Below, in pieces: positions 17,593 through 25,485 of a DNA stretch of 38,253 nucleotides. The stretch is from a virus: positions 1 through 38,253 of the IMG/VR virus record IMGVR_UViG_3300002821_000002. One strand, given 5' to 3'. A model generated the notes under the pieces. The model was not told the origin of the DNA, did no database searches, and was given only the letters and a program-made list of their open reading frames with translations. Made by a program: the position numbers and the translations under genes. Every line of letters starts with the position of its first letter. The first letter of the stretch is position 1.

Positions 17593-19608
17593 ATGGACAC
17601 CCCCGCGATCGAGCCCCCGCAAAAACCCACGACGGAGCCGGCAAAGAATACCGAAAAGAAGGCGAAGGCCCCCGCCGAAAAGCGGAAGAAGAAGGAGCCC
17701 GAGGACCCTATCTGCGAAGCCTGCCGGACCCGCAACAAAACCCCCGTCCCCGAGCACGCCTGCGCGTGGTGCAAGGAGGAGCAGGCCACAAAAGGCAGGC
17801 GGGCCTGGGTAACATCGCTGCAGCTCGGGCAGGTTCACCAGGGAGATATGAAAATTATCGGCAAGGAGATCCCGGCCGATTCGATAGACCTCATCTTCAC
17901 AGATCCTGCCTACGTTAAGGACCAGTACCAAGAGGCTTACGCGAACCTTGCGGAGCTGGCCCTGCGGGTGCTCAAGCCGAACGGGTTCCTGATCACGTAT
18001 GCCCCGCAGACGCACCTGGACGAGATCATGGACATGCTCAGGTACACCGGCACCTGGAGACACGGGGGCAAGCTCCAATACTTCTGGATTATCGAATCGC
18101 TGAACGAAGGGCAATCAACCGCGAAAAACCACCAGCGGAACGCGATCTGTCTGCACAAACCGATTCTCGTATTCCAGAAGGCCCATGAAGACGAGCCGCT
18201 GAAAGGTTCCCGCCGATGCTTTGCTGATGTTGTCCGGGGCCGCAGGCAGAAGAAATTCCACCCATGGCAGCAGAGCATCCACGATGTTATCGGCATCATC
18301 AGCCGGTTTATGGACCCGGGCGAGATACTGCTTGACCCCTATGCGGGCACCGGCACGACGCTCAAGGCCGCCAACCTGCTCGGCATGGAGTGGATCGGCA
18401 CTGAGATCGACCCGAAGACCCACGCGATCGCGGTCCGCGAGCTCCAGCAGCAGCCGGTAGACCTGCGGGCATTCGGCATCGAGGCCACGGCTGCAGAGTG
18501 CCAGCGGGAGACGGTACCGGAGCAGAAGGACACGAGCAAGCAGGCATCGATCGAGATCTGCAAAGTGGTGAAAACCCGGAAGGCATCGAAGGAAGCCAGC
18601 GAGGCCCTGGAGAAGTTCTCGGCCTGCCTTGACTGCGAAGCCACTGACGACTGCAGCACCCACGACCCGCGTGCCGGCTGCCTGGATACCGTGAAGGCCA
18701 TCCAGGAAGCGCAGAAAGAGAGGGACCACGGCACCGGAGGCGGCCCGCAGGATTACGTCCAGCACCGATGCAGGTCCTGCGGGCATCACAAGGGGCGCAA
18801 GACCTTTCACGAGAGCTGCCCCCGGCTCGGAGAGCTGCTGTTCAAGGGTGGCACCAAGAGCGCCAAGGTCCTGATGGACGAGACGGCGGCCACCCAGTGC
18901 GAGCACTGGACCGACATCCCGGGGGACTTGTATGCCGGCAAGAAGCCGGAGGAACAGGTCACGACTGTCTATTGTGACGGCAAGGGCCTGTCGCCATCGC
19001 TCGGGACCTGCCCGGACAAGTGCCCCTACAAGGTTAAGGAGAAATCATCCTGCGGATTCACCGATCAGGGGTACCTTCGGATGGAGAGCTGCCCCACCGG
19101 AATCCTGCAGGGAGGCCCAGAGGCCCAGAAAAGCCAGATTGAGAACGCAGCACGGGCCCTGGCACGCCTCTCGGCACACATCCCCTCGGAAGGAGAGTGC
19201 CAGTGCAACCCATGCCCCGACGGAGTGATCCGCTGCGGTATCGGGGACAAGGACTGCCCGTTCAGTAAAAACCCATTCGACGATCTGGCCCTGTGCCCGA
19301 TGCAGAACCCGCGCCGGGTCCGTCAAATCCTGCGGGAACGGCCACTGAAATTCGTGAAGATTGAGAAACAGGAAAGCCAGCCCGAGAAACCGAACTGCGG
19401 AGGGAGATGCCCCTCCCTGAACCGATGCCCGGACAACTGCCCGGAAAGGAAGATCGTACCGGAGGACCACGGGAAGGAGAAGAACTACCCTCAGGGCCGC
19501 TGCGGTGTGACCGGTCAGAAACTTCGAGAGATGCAGGCATGCCCGAATGACCCCCCGAAGAAGAAAAGCGCGAGCAAGAAGTCGAAAAAGGAGAGTGAAA
19601 CCGCATGA
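17593..19608 (+). CDS. Beta-class N4/N6 DNA methyltransferase fused to Cys-rich repeats
   Basis: IDLIFTDPAY (motif IV) precedes LLDPYAGTGTT (motif I); HPWQQ; GTEID; long Cys-rich C-terminal tail. Confidence 0.88.
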   Translation: MDTPAIEPPQKPTTEPAKNTEKKAKAPAEKRKKKEPEDPICEACRTRNKTPVPEHACAWCKEEQATKGRRAWVTSLQLGQVHQGDMKIIGKEIPADSIDLIFTDPAYVKDQYQEAYANLAELALRVLKPNGFLITYAPQTHLDEIMDMLRYTGTWRHGGKLQYFWIIESLNEGQSTAKNHQRNAICLHKPILVFQKAHEDEPLKGSRRCFADVVRGRRQKKFHPWQQSIHDVIGIISRFMDPGEILLDPYAGTGTTLKAANLLGMEWIGTEIDPKTHAIAVRELQQQPVDLRAFGIEATAAECQRETVPEQKDTSKQASIEICKVVKTRKASKEASEALEKFSACLDCEATDDCSTHDPRAGCLDTVKAIQEAQKERDHGTGGGPQDYVQHRCRSCGHHKGRKTFHESCPRLGELLFKGGTKSAKVLMDETAATQCEHWTDIPGDLYAGKKPEEQVTTVYCDGKGLSPSLGTCPDKCPYKVKEKSSCGFTDQGYLRMESCPTGILQGGPEAQKSQIENAARALARLSAHIPSEGECQCNPCPDGVIRCGIGDKDCPFSKNPFDDLALCPMQNPRRVRQILRERPLKFVKIEKQESQPEKPNCGGRCPSLNRCPDNCPERKIVPEDHGKEKNYPQGRCGVTGQKLREMQACPNDPPKKKSASKKSKKESETA

Positions 19609-20345
19609 AAATCGAACAGAAACGGATCGCGACGTTCTGCAACATCTGCAGGGCCCTGGTCCCGGAATGCAGGCTGATCGTCACGCCGGAAGGTATCAGC
19701 ACGCTCGCGGTCGACACCGCCAATGTTGCCATGGTCCAGGTCAACCTGCCGAAAGAATCGTTTGAGGAATTCCGTGAGGAGAAGACCGAGATCGGCATGG
19801 ACGTCACCAAGTGGAAAACCGCGATCGACCTCCTCCAGGATGGCCCGATAACGATCGACCTGGTGAAGACCAGCGGGAAGATCGTCTTCGCAGATGGCCG
19901 GTACACGTATACCCACGTCCCGCTCGACCCGAGGGTCGTAAGGAAACGGCCGAACCCGCCGAATATCACCCTGCCCGCCACGGTCGTCATCGATTCAAAA
20001 GAATTCCATGAATCCATCAAGGCCATGAGCGTGATTGGCGACAAGGTCCGGTTCACCGCCAAGGGAGTCGGCCTCCTGACGCTCGACAGCGAAGGCGATA
20101 CGGACCGCCTCGTGAAAGAGATCCAGGGTAAAGACGGCAGCAAGAACTCCGCGGAAGGCGGCACCGGTACCGTAGCCTCCCTGTTCTCCCTGGATTACAT
20201 GCGGGACATCGCCAAGGTCATGAAAGAGGCCGGCACCATCAACGTCTATGTCGGTCACGAGCACCCGATCCGGTTCGACTTCGACCTCGACGGAATGGAA
20301 TGCTCGTATATGCTCGCGCCCAGGATCGAGCAGGAGGCGGCATGA
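19605..20345 (+). CDS. pcn: PCNA-like DNA sliding clamp (archaeal type)
   Basis: GIS..AVDTANVAMVQVNLPKESF, FSLDYM, PIRFDF, YMLAPRIE; 246 aa. Confidence 0.93.
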   Translation: MKIEQKRIATFCNICRALVPECRLIVTPEGISTLAVDTANVAMVQVNLPKESFEEFREEKTEIGMDVTKWKTAIDLLQDGPITIDLVKTSGKIVFADGRYTYTHVPLDPRVVRKRPNPPNITLPATVVIDSKEFHESIKAMSVIGDKVRFTAKGVGLLTLDSEGDTDRLVKEIQGKDGSKNSAEGGTGTVASLFSLDYMRDIAKVMKEAGTINVYVGHEHPIRFDFDLDGMECSYMLAPRIEQEAA

Positions 20346-20875
20346 AGGTCACAGACGAAATCCAATTTTACCGGGCATCAGGAGAATACGGCTATCTCTC
20401 AAATCTTTACAAATGTCCGATCGAGTTCGAGGGCAGGACATTCCGATGTGCTGAAGAAGCCTATCAGTATGGCAAACCCAAGGACCCGGCCGTCGCCGAG
20501 TGGATCGTGTCCGCCCCAAAACCTCACCTCTGTGCGGCAGCTGCACACGCCCTATTTGTCTTTGATATCACTCCAGGATGGAGCGACAAGAAAGTCCCGA
20601 GAATGGCCCGGATTATTGACAAGAAATTTATGGATTACGAGCTCGGACAGAAACTCCTGAAAACGTGGCCTGCGATGTTGACCGAGGCATCAAACACGGA
20701 CGCCTTCTGGGGAATCGGCAAGAAAGGCAACGGCCGCAATATGCTCGGGATCCTTCTGATGGCTACCCGCGAGCGGCTCCACCGCCAACAGGAAACCATC
20801 GACGCGATCGCCCGCGACGTGAATGCAGAGATCGGATCCGGAATGACAAGGGAAGAGCGAGGGGGCCTTCCATGA
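20342..20875 (+). CDS. NADAR (YbiA/DUF1768) family protein
   Basis: GYLSNLY...AEEAYQYGK...W...KKF...LL.T...LTEAS.TDAFWG.G..G.GRNMLG..LM..RE.L. Confidence 0.92.
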   Translation: MKVTDEIQFYRASGEYGYLSNLYKCPIEFEGRTFRCAEEAYQYGKPKDPAVAEWIVSAPKPHLCAAAAHALFVFDITPGWSDKKVPRMARIIDKKFMDYELGQKLLKTWPAMLTEASNTDAFWGIGKKGNGRNMLGILLMATRERLHRQQETIDAIARDVNAEIGSGMTREERGGLP

Positions 20876-21645
20876 ACAAGACCGCGATCGAATGGTGCGA
20901 TTACACCTGGAACCCGGTCACCGGCTGCAAGCACGGCTGCCCGTATTGTTACGCCAGGAAGATCGCAGAGCGGTTCAAAGGCAGCAAGGCATGGCCGCAG
21001 GGATTCGAGCCGATGTTCCACCCGGAACGGCTGAAGGATCCCCGCAAGCTCGGTACTAGGTGGACCTGCCCGGAATCTATGGCAAAAGGATACACCATCT
21101 TTGTCTGCTCAATGTCGGACCTGTTCGGCGATTGGGTACCGTTCGAATGGCAGCATCAGGTTTTCGATGCCTGCCTTGCAGCTCCCAGGCATACCTACAT
21201 TTTCCTGACGAAAAATCCCATGGGAATGAAGAAGGCGCTGGAGCAGTGGTTCGACCAACACCCCGGAGTTATCCACGATATCGACAACTGGTGGTTCGGA
21301 GTATCCGCTGGAGATCGCGATTACGCCAGGATGGGCCAATGGGATCCAGTTGCCGCACTCCGGAAAATCCCATCGGTGAATCTCTTCGTCTCGATGGAGC
21401 CACTCCTTCTAAATTTTGAAGCGGTCAACTTCGACGATATCAAGCAGGTCATTGTCGGGGCACAGACCAACCCGACGGTCGTCCCCTCACCGGGATCGAT
21501 CCGGGCCGTTGTCCTTGCAGCCCATGAGGCGGGCGCTGATGTCTTCTTCAAGGACTCGATGACCGGCATCAGCTGGCCAGGGCAGAGCACCTTCGTCAAT
21601 GTCCGAGATCTCGCGTGGCCGCTGCGCAAGGAGGTGAGTGCTTGA
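20872..21645 (+). CDS. DUF5131 (phage Gp37/Gp68) radical-SAM-like protein
   Basis: TAIEWCDYTWNPVTGCKHGCPYCYA, IFVCSMSDLF, IFLTKNP, FVSMEPLL. Confidence 0.92.
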   Translation: MNKTAIEWCDYTWNPVTGCKHGCPYCYARKIAERFKGSKAWPQGFEPMFHPERLKDPRKLGTRWTCPESMAKGYTIFVCSMSDLFGDWVPFEWQHQVFDACLAAPRHTYIFLTKNPMGMKKALEQWFDQHPGVIHDIDNWWFGVSAGDRDYARMGQWDPVAALRKIPSVNLFVSMEPLLLNFEAVNFDDIKQVIVGAQTNPTVVPSPGSIRAVVLAAHEAGADVFFKDSMTGISWPGQSTFVNVRDLAWPLRKEVSA

Positions 21646-21845
21646 GCCATGAACTCCAGCCCCGCTGCGTCGTCTGCGGCTGCCAGCTCCCGCACCTTCC
21701 CAGGGCCGAGGCCCTCCAGAAAGGAGCCGCTGTCGAGATCAACGGTCTCACGTACTACAAGTGCATCGGCCGGCATACCACGGAAGAATGCATGCACGCC
21801 ATCGGCATGATTCCGAAGTTCGTCCGGGCCGGGAGCTGCAAATGA
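21642..21845 (+). CDS. Small Cys-containing protein (TTG start)
   Basis: GGAGGTGA RBS, TTGA overlap; CVVCG. Confidence 0.55.
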   Translation: MSHELQPRCVVCGCQLPHLPRAEALQKGAAVEINGLTYYKCIGRHTTEECMHAIGMIPKFVRAGSCK

Positions 21846-22039
21846 AGGACGACATCCCGAAAGAGGCACAACTCTATATCGCCGCTGACGAGGACGAAAA
21901 CGTTGATGATTTCCTCGAGTATTGTGCAGAATGCCGCAACGTCGAGATCGAAAATCAGAGCGTCGTCTGTCTTGGATCCGAAGAGTACCGCCGGAGGAAA
22001 AACTGCCTCGATATCAAGATCACATGGAGAAAACCATGA
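21842..22039 (+). CDS. Small acidic Zn-finger-like protein
   Basis: YCAECRNV...VCLG; ATGA coupled. Confidence 0.55.
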   Translation: MKDDIPKEAQLYIAADEDENVDDFLEYCAECRNVEIENQSVVCLGSEEYRRRKNCLDIKITWRKP

Positions 22040-22188
22040 CCCGCCACATCTGCAAGGAATGCCGGAAACCCTACGAGCGGGATCCCGCGGTCCAGGAGAA
22101 GTGGAACCGCACCCGGCCCGAGACGGACGGCCTGTGCCTGGAATGCATCGGACGGCTGGCAACGGACAAGGCCATGGAGGACCCATGA
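22036..22188 (+). CDS. 50-aa Zn-finger protein
   Basis: HICKECRK...LCLECI. Confidence 0.6.
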   Translation: MTRHICKECRKPYERDPAVQEKWNRTRPETDGLCLECIGRLATDKAMEDP

Positions 22189-22397
22189 AGACCCTCTTCG
22201 ATTTCTCCAGGCCGGACCCCGCAAGGGAGGAGAGCGTCCCGCTCGGCCCGGTCCCGATCCGGAACTTCCCGCTGGTCGTGATCACCGTGGAGGAAGCCTT
22301 CGCGAAAGACCCGGAGCGGACGGCCCTGCTGTTGGACAGCAACGGGACGGAGGACAAGCCGGCAACGGAATGGCAGCTCCGGAGGGTGGTGAATTGA
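22185..22397 (+). CDS. 70-aa hypothetical protein
   Basis: MKTLFDFSRP...; GGAGG RBS, ATGA overlap. Confidence 0.55.
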   Translation: MKTLFDFSRPDPAREESVPLGPVPIRNFPLVVITVEEAFAKDPERTALLLDSNGTEDKPATEWQLRRVVN

Positions 22398-22645
22398 GCG
22401 AAGAAGCGATACGAAGCGAAGTCTCCCCGGGCCGTTGGGGTACCAACCGGCGCGGAGATCGCGTCCACTTCTTCGTCAGGCGTACCGATACCGGCAAGTG
22501 CGAGAGTCTCTGTGGTAGGATGAAACAGTTCGATGAGGGCCTCAATGCCCGGCTGGATATGGAGCATTGGAACCCGGACGATAGCCGGACCTGTAAGACC
22601 TGCCTGTTAATGCAGAAGTGGTTTAAAAACGAGAAGATATCTTAA
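22394..22645 (+). CDS. 83-aa hypothetical protein (TTG start)
   Basis: GGTGA RBS, TTGA overlap; HFF...SLCG...CKTC. Confidence 0.55.
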   Translation: MSEEAIRSEVSPGRWGTNRRGDRVHFFVRRTDTGKCESLCGRMKQFDEGLNARLDMEHWNPDDSRTCKTCLLMQKWFKNEKIS

Positions 22646-22671
22646 TTTAAATAAAGGTGATATTGAAATGC

Positions 22672-23529
22672 ATGGATAAAGACTCGGAAGGGAAACCCCC
22701 TCAAACCAATTACAATAAATATGCACGTCATTGTTTTATAATCGCCATTCTTCTTCTCGGTATTGCTTTAGTTTTTACGGTTTATTTAGCCGTAATTAAT
22801 CAGATCTCAGTTGAAATGATTCTCGGTTCGGATCTTGCTCTCGCAGCCATTTTTGTCGCATTCGGGTTCTATTTCAGGGGCGATTTTAAAAACATGGATA
22901 CCCTGAATCAATCAGAACAGAAAGATGAGATTTTTTCCTGTTTAAAAAAAGTTTTTGATCAACTAGATCACCTCCATCCAACAACTCACGGAATATACCA
23001 AACTCAAAACGACACTCTTGAAAATACCAGGGTTGCATACGAATTCCGAAATCAGAGATCTCTTGAATTGGCAGGTTATATCCGGTTGCTCGATGCAGGC
23101 GTATGGGGATTCTTAGGGTTTGCTGCCGTCGAACTATTTAGGGACAAATGGACGTCTGATACAATCATCTTTTTTTGCATTATTGTAATAATTGCGATGA
23201 TTCTGTGGCGTTGTATGGCACTAAAATATAACGAAGACATCATCGGAGAGTATATCAAAATTTTATATTGTGAATGTGCTCTTAACCTCGATGATGCAAT
23301 ATCCCTTAAAGACAGTTTGATACCCAAAATGGATAACAAAACGGAATATTGTTGTTTAACCAATAAGGAACAATATCACAAGCTTATTCGAGATCTAAAG
23401 AGGGGAAAACAACCAGAAACGGATCATAAAAATTGGGATAAAATCGCTTTGGTTGCCATCATCGTTGCAGTATTCATTCTCCTAATTCTTGGGTTACCAA
23501 AAATAATATCCTTCTTTTCATTGGTTTAA
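22672..23529 (+). CDS. AT-rich multi-pass membrane protein (moron)
   Basis: About 5 hydrophobic segments; own TATA box TTTAAATA at 22646-22653; alternative GTG start at 22657. Confidence 0.75.
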   Translation: MDKDSEGKPPQTNYNKYARHCFIIAILLLGIALVFTVYLAVINQISVEMILGSDLALAAIFVAFGFYFRGDFKNMDTLNQSEQKDEIFSCLKKVFDQLDHLHPTTHGIYQTQNDTLENTRVAYEFRNQRSLELAGYIRLLDAGVWGFLGFAAVELFRDKWTSDTIIFFCIIVIIAMILWRCMALKYNEDIIGEYIKILYCECALNLDDAISLKDSLIPKMDNKTEYCCLTNKEQYHKLIRDLKRGKQPETDHKNWDKIALVAIIVAVFILLILGLPKIISFFSLV

Positions 23530-23560
23530 GCAGTTCATGCAGTTCTAGCAGTTCATGCAG
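23530..23560. repeat. 9-bp tandem repeat GCAGTTCAT/GCAGTTCTA, about 3.4 copies
   Basis: GCAGTTCAT-GCAGTTCTA-GCAGTTCAT-GCAG. Confidence 0.8.
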
Positions 23561-23601
23561 GTTCGCCCTGCTTATCCCCGCTCGCCAGCGATTCTCTTTT
23601 G

Positions 23602-23609
23602 CATATAAT
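23602..23609 (+). promoter_or_regulatory. Putative late promoter TATA box
   Basis: CATATAAT upstream of GGAGG RBS and ATG 23640. Confidence 0.45.
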
Positions 23610-23639
23610 CCCGGCAGGTCCGGGAGGATGTAATTTGTC

Positions 23640-24341
23640 ATGACACAACCTCAAGTAGCAATTCCAGTCGGACTGTTCAAAGCAGGACTGTCCGGCGCCG
23701 GGGGAGACATCACCCCTCTGATCAAGATTCGGCGGGATATCTTCCAGCTGACGAACATGCTCTATGGTCTCCAGATGACCGGGGCATATGCGGGACAGAA
23801 CCCCGCGAAGACCGTTATCATCGACCTCGACTTCGATGGGTACACGATGCAGGACCCGCACTCATCGCGCCCGATGTCCTTCGTGACCAACGACACCGGA
23901 AAGACGGGGTTCTGGCTCGGGACGTTCAAGGCGCCGAACGCGAACATCTACGGTGAAAAGGAGTATGCCGCTCTCGGCAAGCACAAGGTCAAGATCAGCG
24001 TCGCTCCTCGTGTAGCCCCGCTCACGCAGATGAACATGACCATTGTCGTCCCGGTCGATGGTGCTACAAAGAAAGTGCAGACCACGACCACAACAAAGGT
24101 TCCGGTCTATGGAACGAACCCATGTACCGGTATACCCTTCATCACCGGGTACAAGGACGAGGTCACTGTGTCGGAGATGACCGTGCCGATGGAGACCGAA
24201 ATCACCTATGAAGGGTACTCGGTCACGCAGATCATCCCGCCCAGGGACTTCTCGCCCGAAGCCGGTGGAATCACCAAGGAGTTCGAGTTCGAGATCTTCT
24301 CATCGAGCCTCCCGCCCTACGACCTCCCGACCGAGGACTGA
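23640..24341 (+). CDS. Hypothetical beta-rich protein
   Basis: 233 aa, GGAGG RBS, viral codon usage. Confidence 0.7.
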   Translation: MTQPQVAIPVGLFKAGLSGAGGDITPLIKIRRDIFQLTNMLYGLQMTGAYAGQNPAKTVIIDLDFDGYTMQDPHSSRPMSFVTNDTGKTGFWLGTFKAPNANIYGEKEYAALGKHKVKISVAPRVAPLTQMNMTIVVPVDGATKKVQTTTTTKVPVYGTNPCTGIPFITGYKDEVTVSEMTVPMETEITYEGYSVTQIIPPRDFSPEAGGITKEFEFEIFSSSLPPYDLPTED

Positions 24342-24347
24342 CCGCCC

Positions 24348-24506
24348 ATGCCCCAGTTCAGGATCAAGGTCCCGGAACCCTTCGAGGCGCTGGTCTCTCC
24401 CGACGGCTCATCGTACGCCTTCTACGCATTCGGCAAATTGACCACCATGTCCAAGGGGGAGTTCGAGGCGACGTATGAAAAACTCCCTTTTGTGAAGGGG
24501 GCGTGA
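24348..24506 (+). CDS. 52-aa hypothetical protein
   Basis: MPQFRIKVPEPFEALVSPDGSSYAFYAFGKLTTMSKGEFEATYEKLPFVKGA; GTGA overlap. Confidence 0.6.
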   Translation: MPQFRIKVPEPFEALVSPDGSSYAFYAFGKLTTMSKGEFEATYEKLPFVKGA

Positions 24507-25129
24507 CGGCATGCTCGCCCCCGATCCCCTCGGCAGCCCAGGAGCCCGCAGCATCATCGACCGGGCCCGTGAACTATATCGCCGGGTCTGCTACTTCATC
24601 CGGGGCTGGCTCCGTGGTTAACCCCGGCGAGATCAAGACCATCGGCGGCGTGGAATACTGGATAGAGCCGGACGGGTACACGGTCGAGATGAAGTTCGTC
24701 CGGAAATACCCCGCCCTGTTCGGCCCGCTGGCTGTCGATCCTGACAAAGGCCAGGGAGATGTGGAATGCGACGACCCACTCTCGAAGATCACCGCGAAAC
24801 TCACCGGATACGGCGGCACCTACTCCACCTGGGCAGAACGGCACTGTTCCCTCAGTGCGCTGGCAATCGGCATCAACGATGTCGAATCCTCTGCCGATGT
24901 GCCCCCCTGCCCGAAGTTCTGGCTCCATGAAAACCAGTATTGGGTGGACCATATCGCCATAGGCCGGCTGACCAAGAAGACCAACGTCGCGGAAGCTGCC
25001 AGCACGACCTTCACGGGCATCCTGAGCAACCCGCGGGTGCTGGCGACCATCGCAGCGGCACTCACTGCCGGCGGGGTCTTCCTTCCGACCGCCGCAAAGA
25101 CCATCCTTGCGATGGTAGGTATCTCCTGA
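24503..25129 (+). CDS. Hypothetical protein with hydrophobic C-terminus
   Basis: 208 aa; ends VLATIAAALTAGGVFLPTAAKTILAMVGIS. Confidence 0.7.
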   Translation: MTACSPPIPSAAQEPAASSTGPVNYIAGSATSSGAGSVVNPGEIKTIGGVEYWIEPDGYTVEMKFVRKYPALFGPLAVDPDKGQGDVECDDPLSKITAKLTGYGGTYSTWAERHCSLSALAIGINDVESSADVPPCPKFWLHENQYWVDHIAIGRLTKKTNVAEAASTTFTGILSNPRVLATIAAALTAGGVFLPTAAKTILAMVGIS

Positions 25130-25139
25130 TGAACACTAC

Positions 25140-25305
25140 GGGCCGGGCTCTGATGAGGCAAAAATGACGCGGTTCAAACCATCCGCCCCGGCCCATCTCC
25201 CTGCGTGTAGCGGGCACGCTCCATCTCCCGCTGCATCCGGGGATCATCACTCCAACGAAGGCGGCTATGCTACCCTTACCGGTTCGTCGTTCCGGATGGC
25301 CGCCG
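25140..25305 (+). ncRNA. Candidate structured RNA: two acceptor-stem plus T-arm-like units flanking a long hairpin
   Basis: Stems 25140-47/25187-94, 25206-14/25227-35 and 25260-68/25296-304; substitutions form G-U pairs only on the + strand; loops begin TTC. Confidence 0.55.
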
Positions 25306-25485
25306 TCACCCTGTCAGATGAGAGAGGAGCAATAAAGTCCTGTAATGAGCCATAATGCAAACCGCACCAGGTACAGACGATCTTCCATCATGCTCCAAGT
25401 GAGATAATTGACCGATAAAACCTCTCCTCTTGAGGCAGGGACCCCGCAAGGGGACCCCCAGAAACGTAGAAAAACGTAGATTCCA

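Noticed and set aside
11285-21645. Recurring C-termini EVPA/EVSA/EVTA/GVP in many early proteins
   Set aside because: By-product of GGAGGTG-type RBS plus ATGA overlap with the next gene, not a protein sorting signal
25150-25200. Hammerhead ribozyme (CTGATGAG)
   Set aside because: No GAAA core after a stem II and no matching cleavage triplet or stem III
25140-25250. HDV-like ribozyme topology
   Set aside because: No GG for P1.1 after the closing stem, and no J4/2 linker with a catalytic C
25430-25460. SRP RNA helix 8
   Set aside because: CAGG and a GNRA loop are present but the AGCA partner strand is missing
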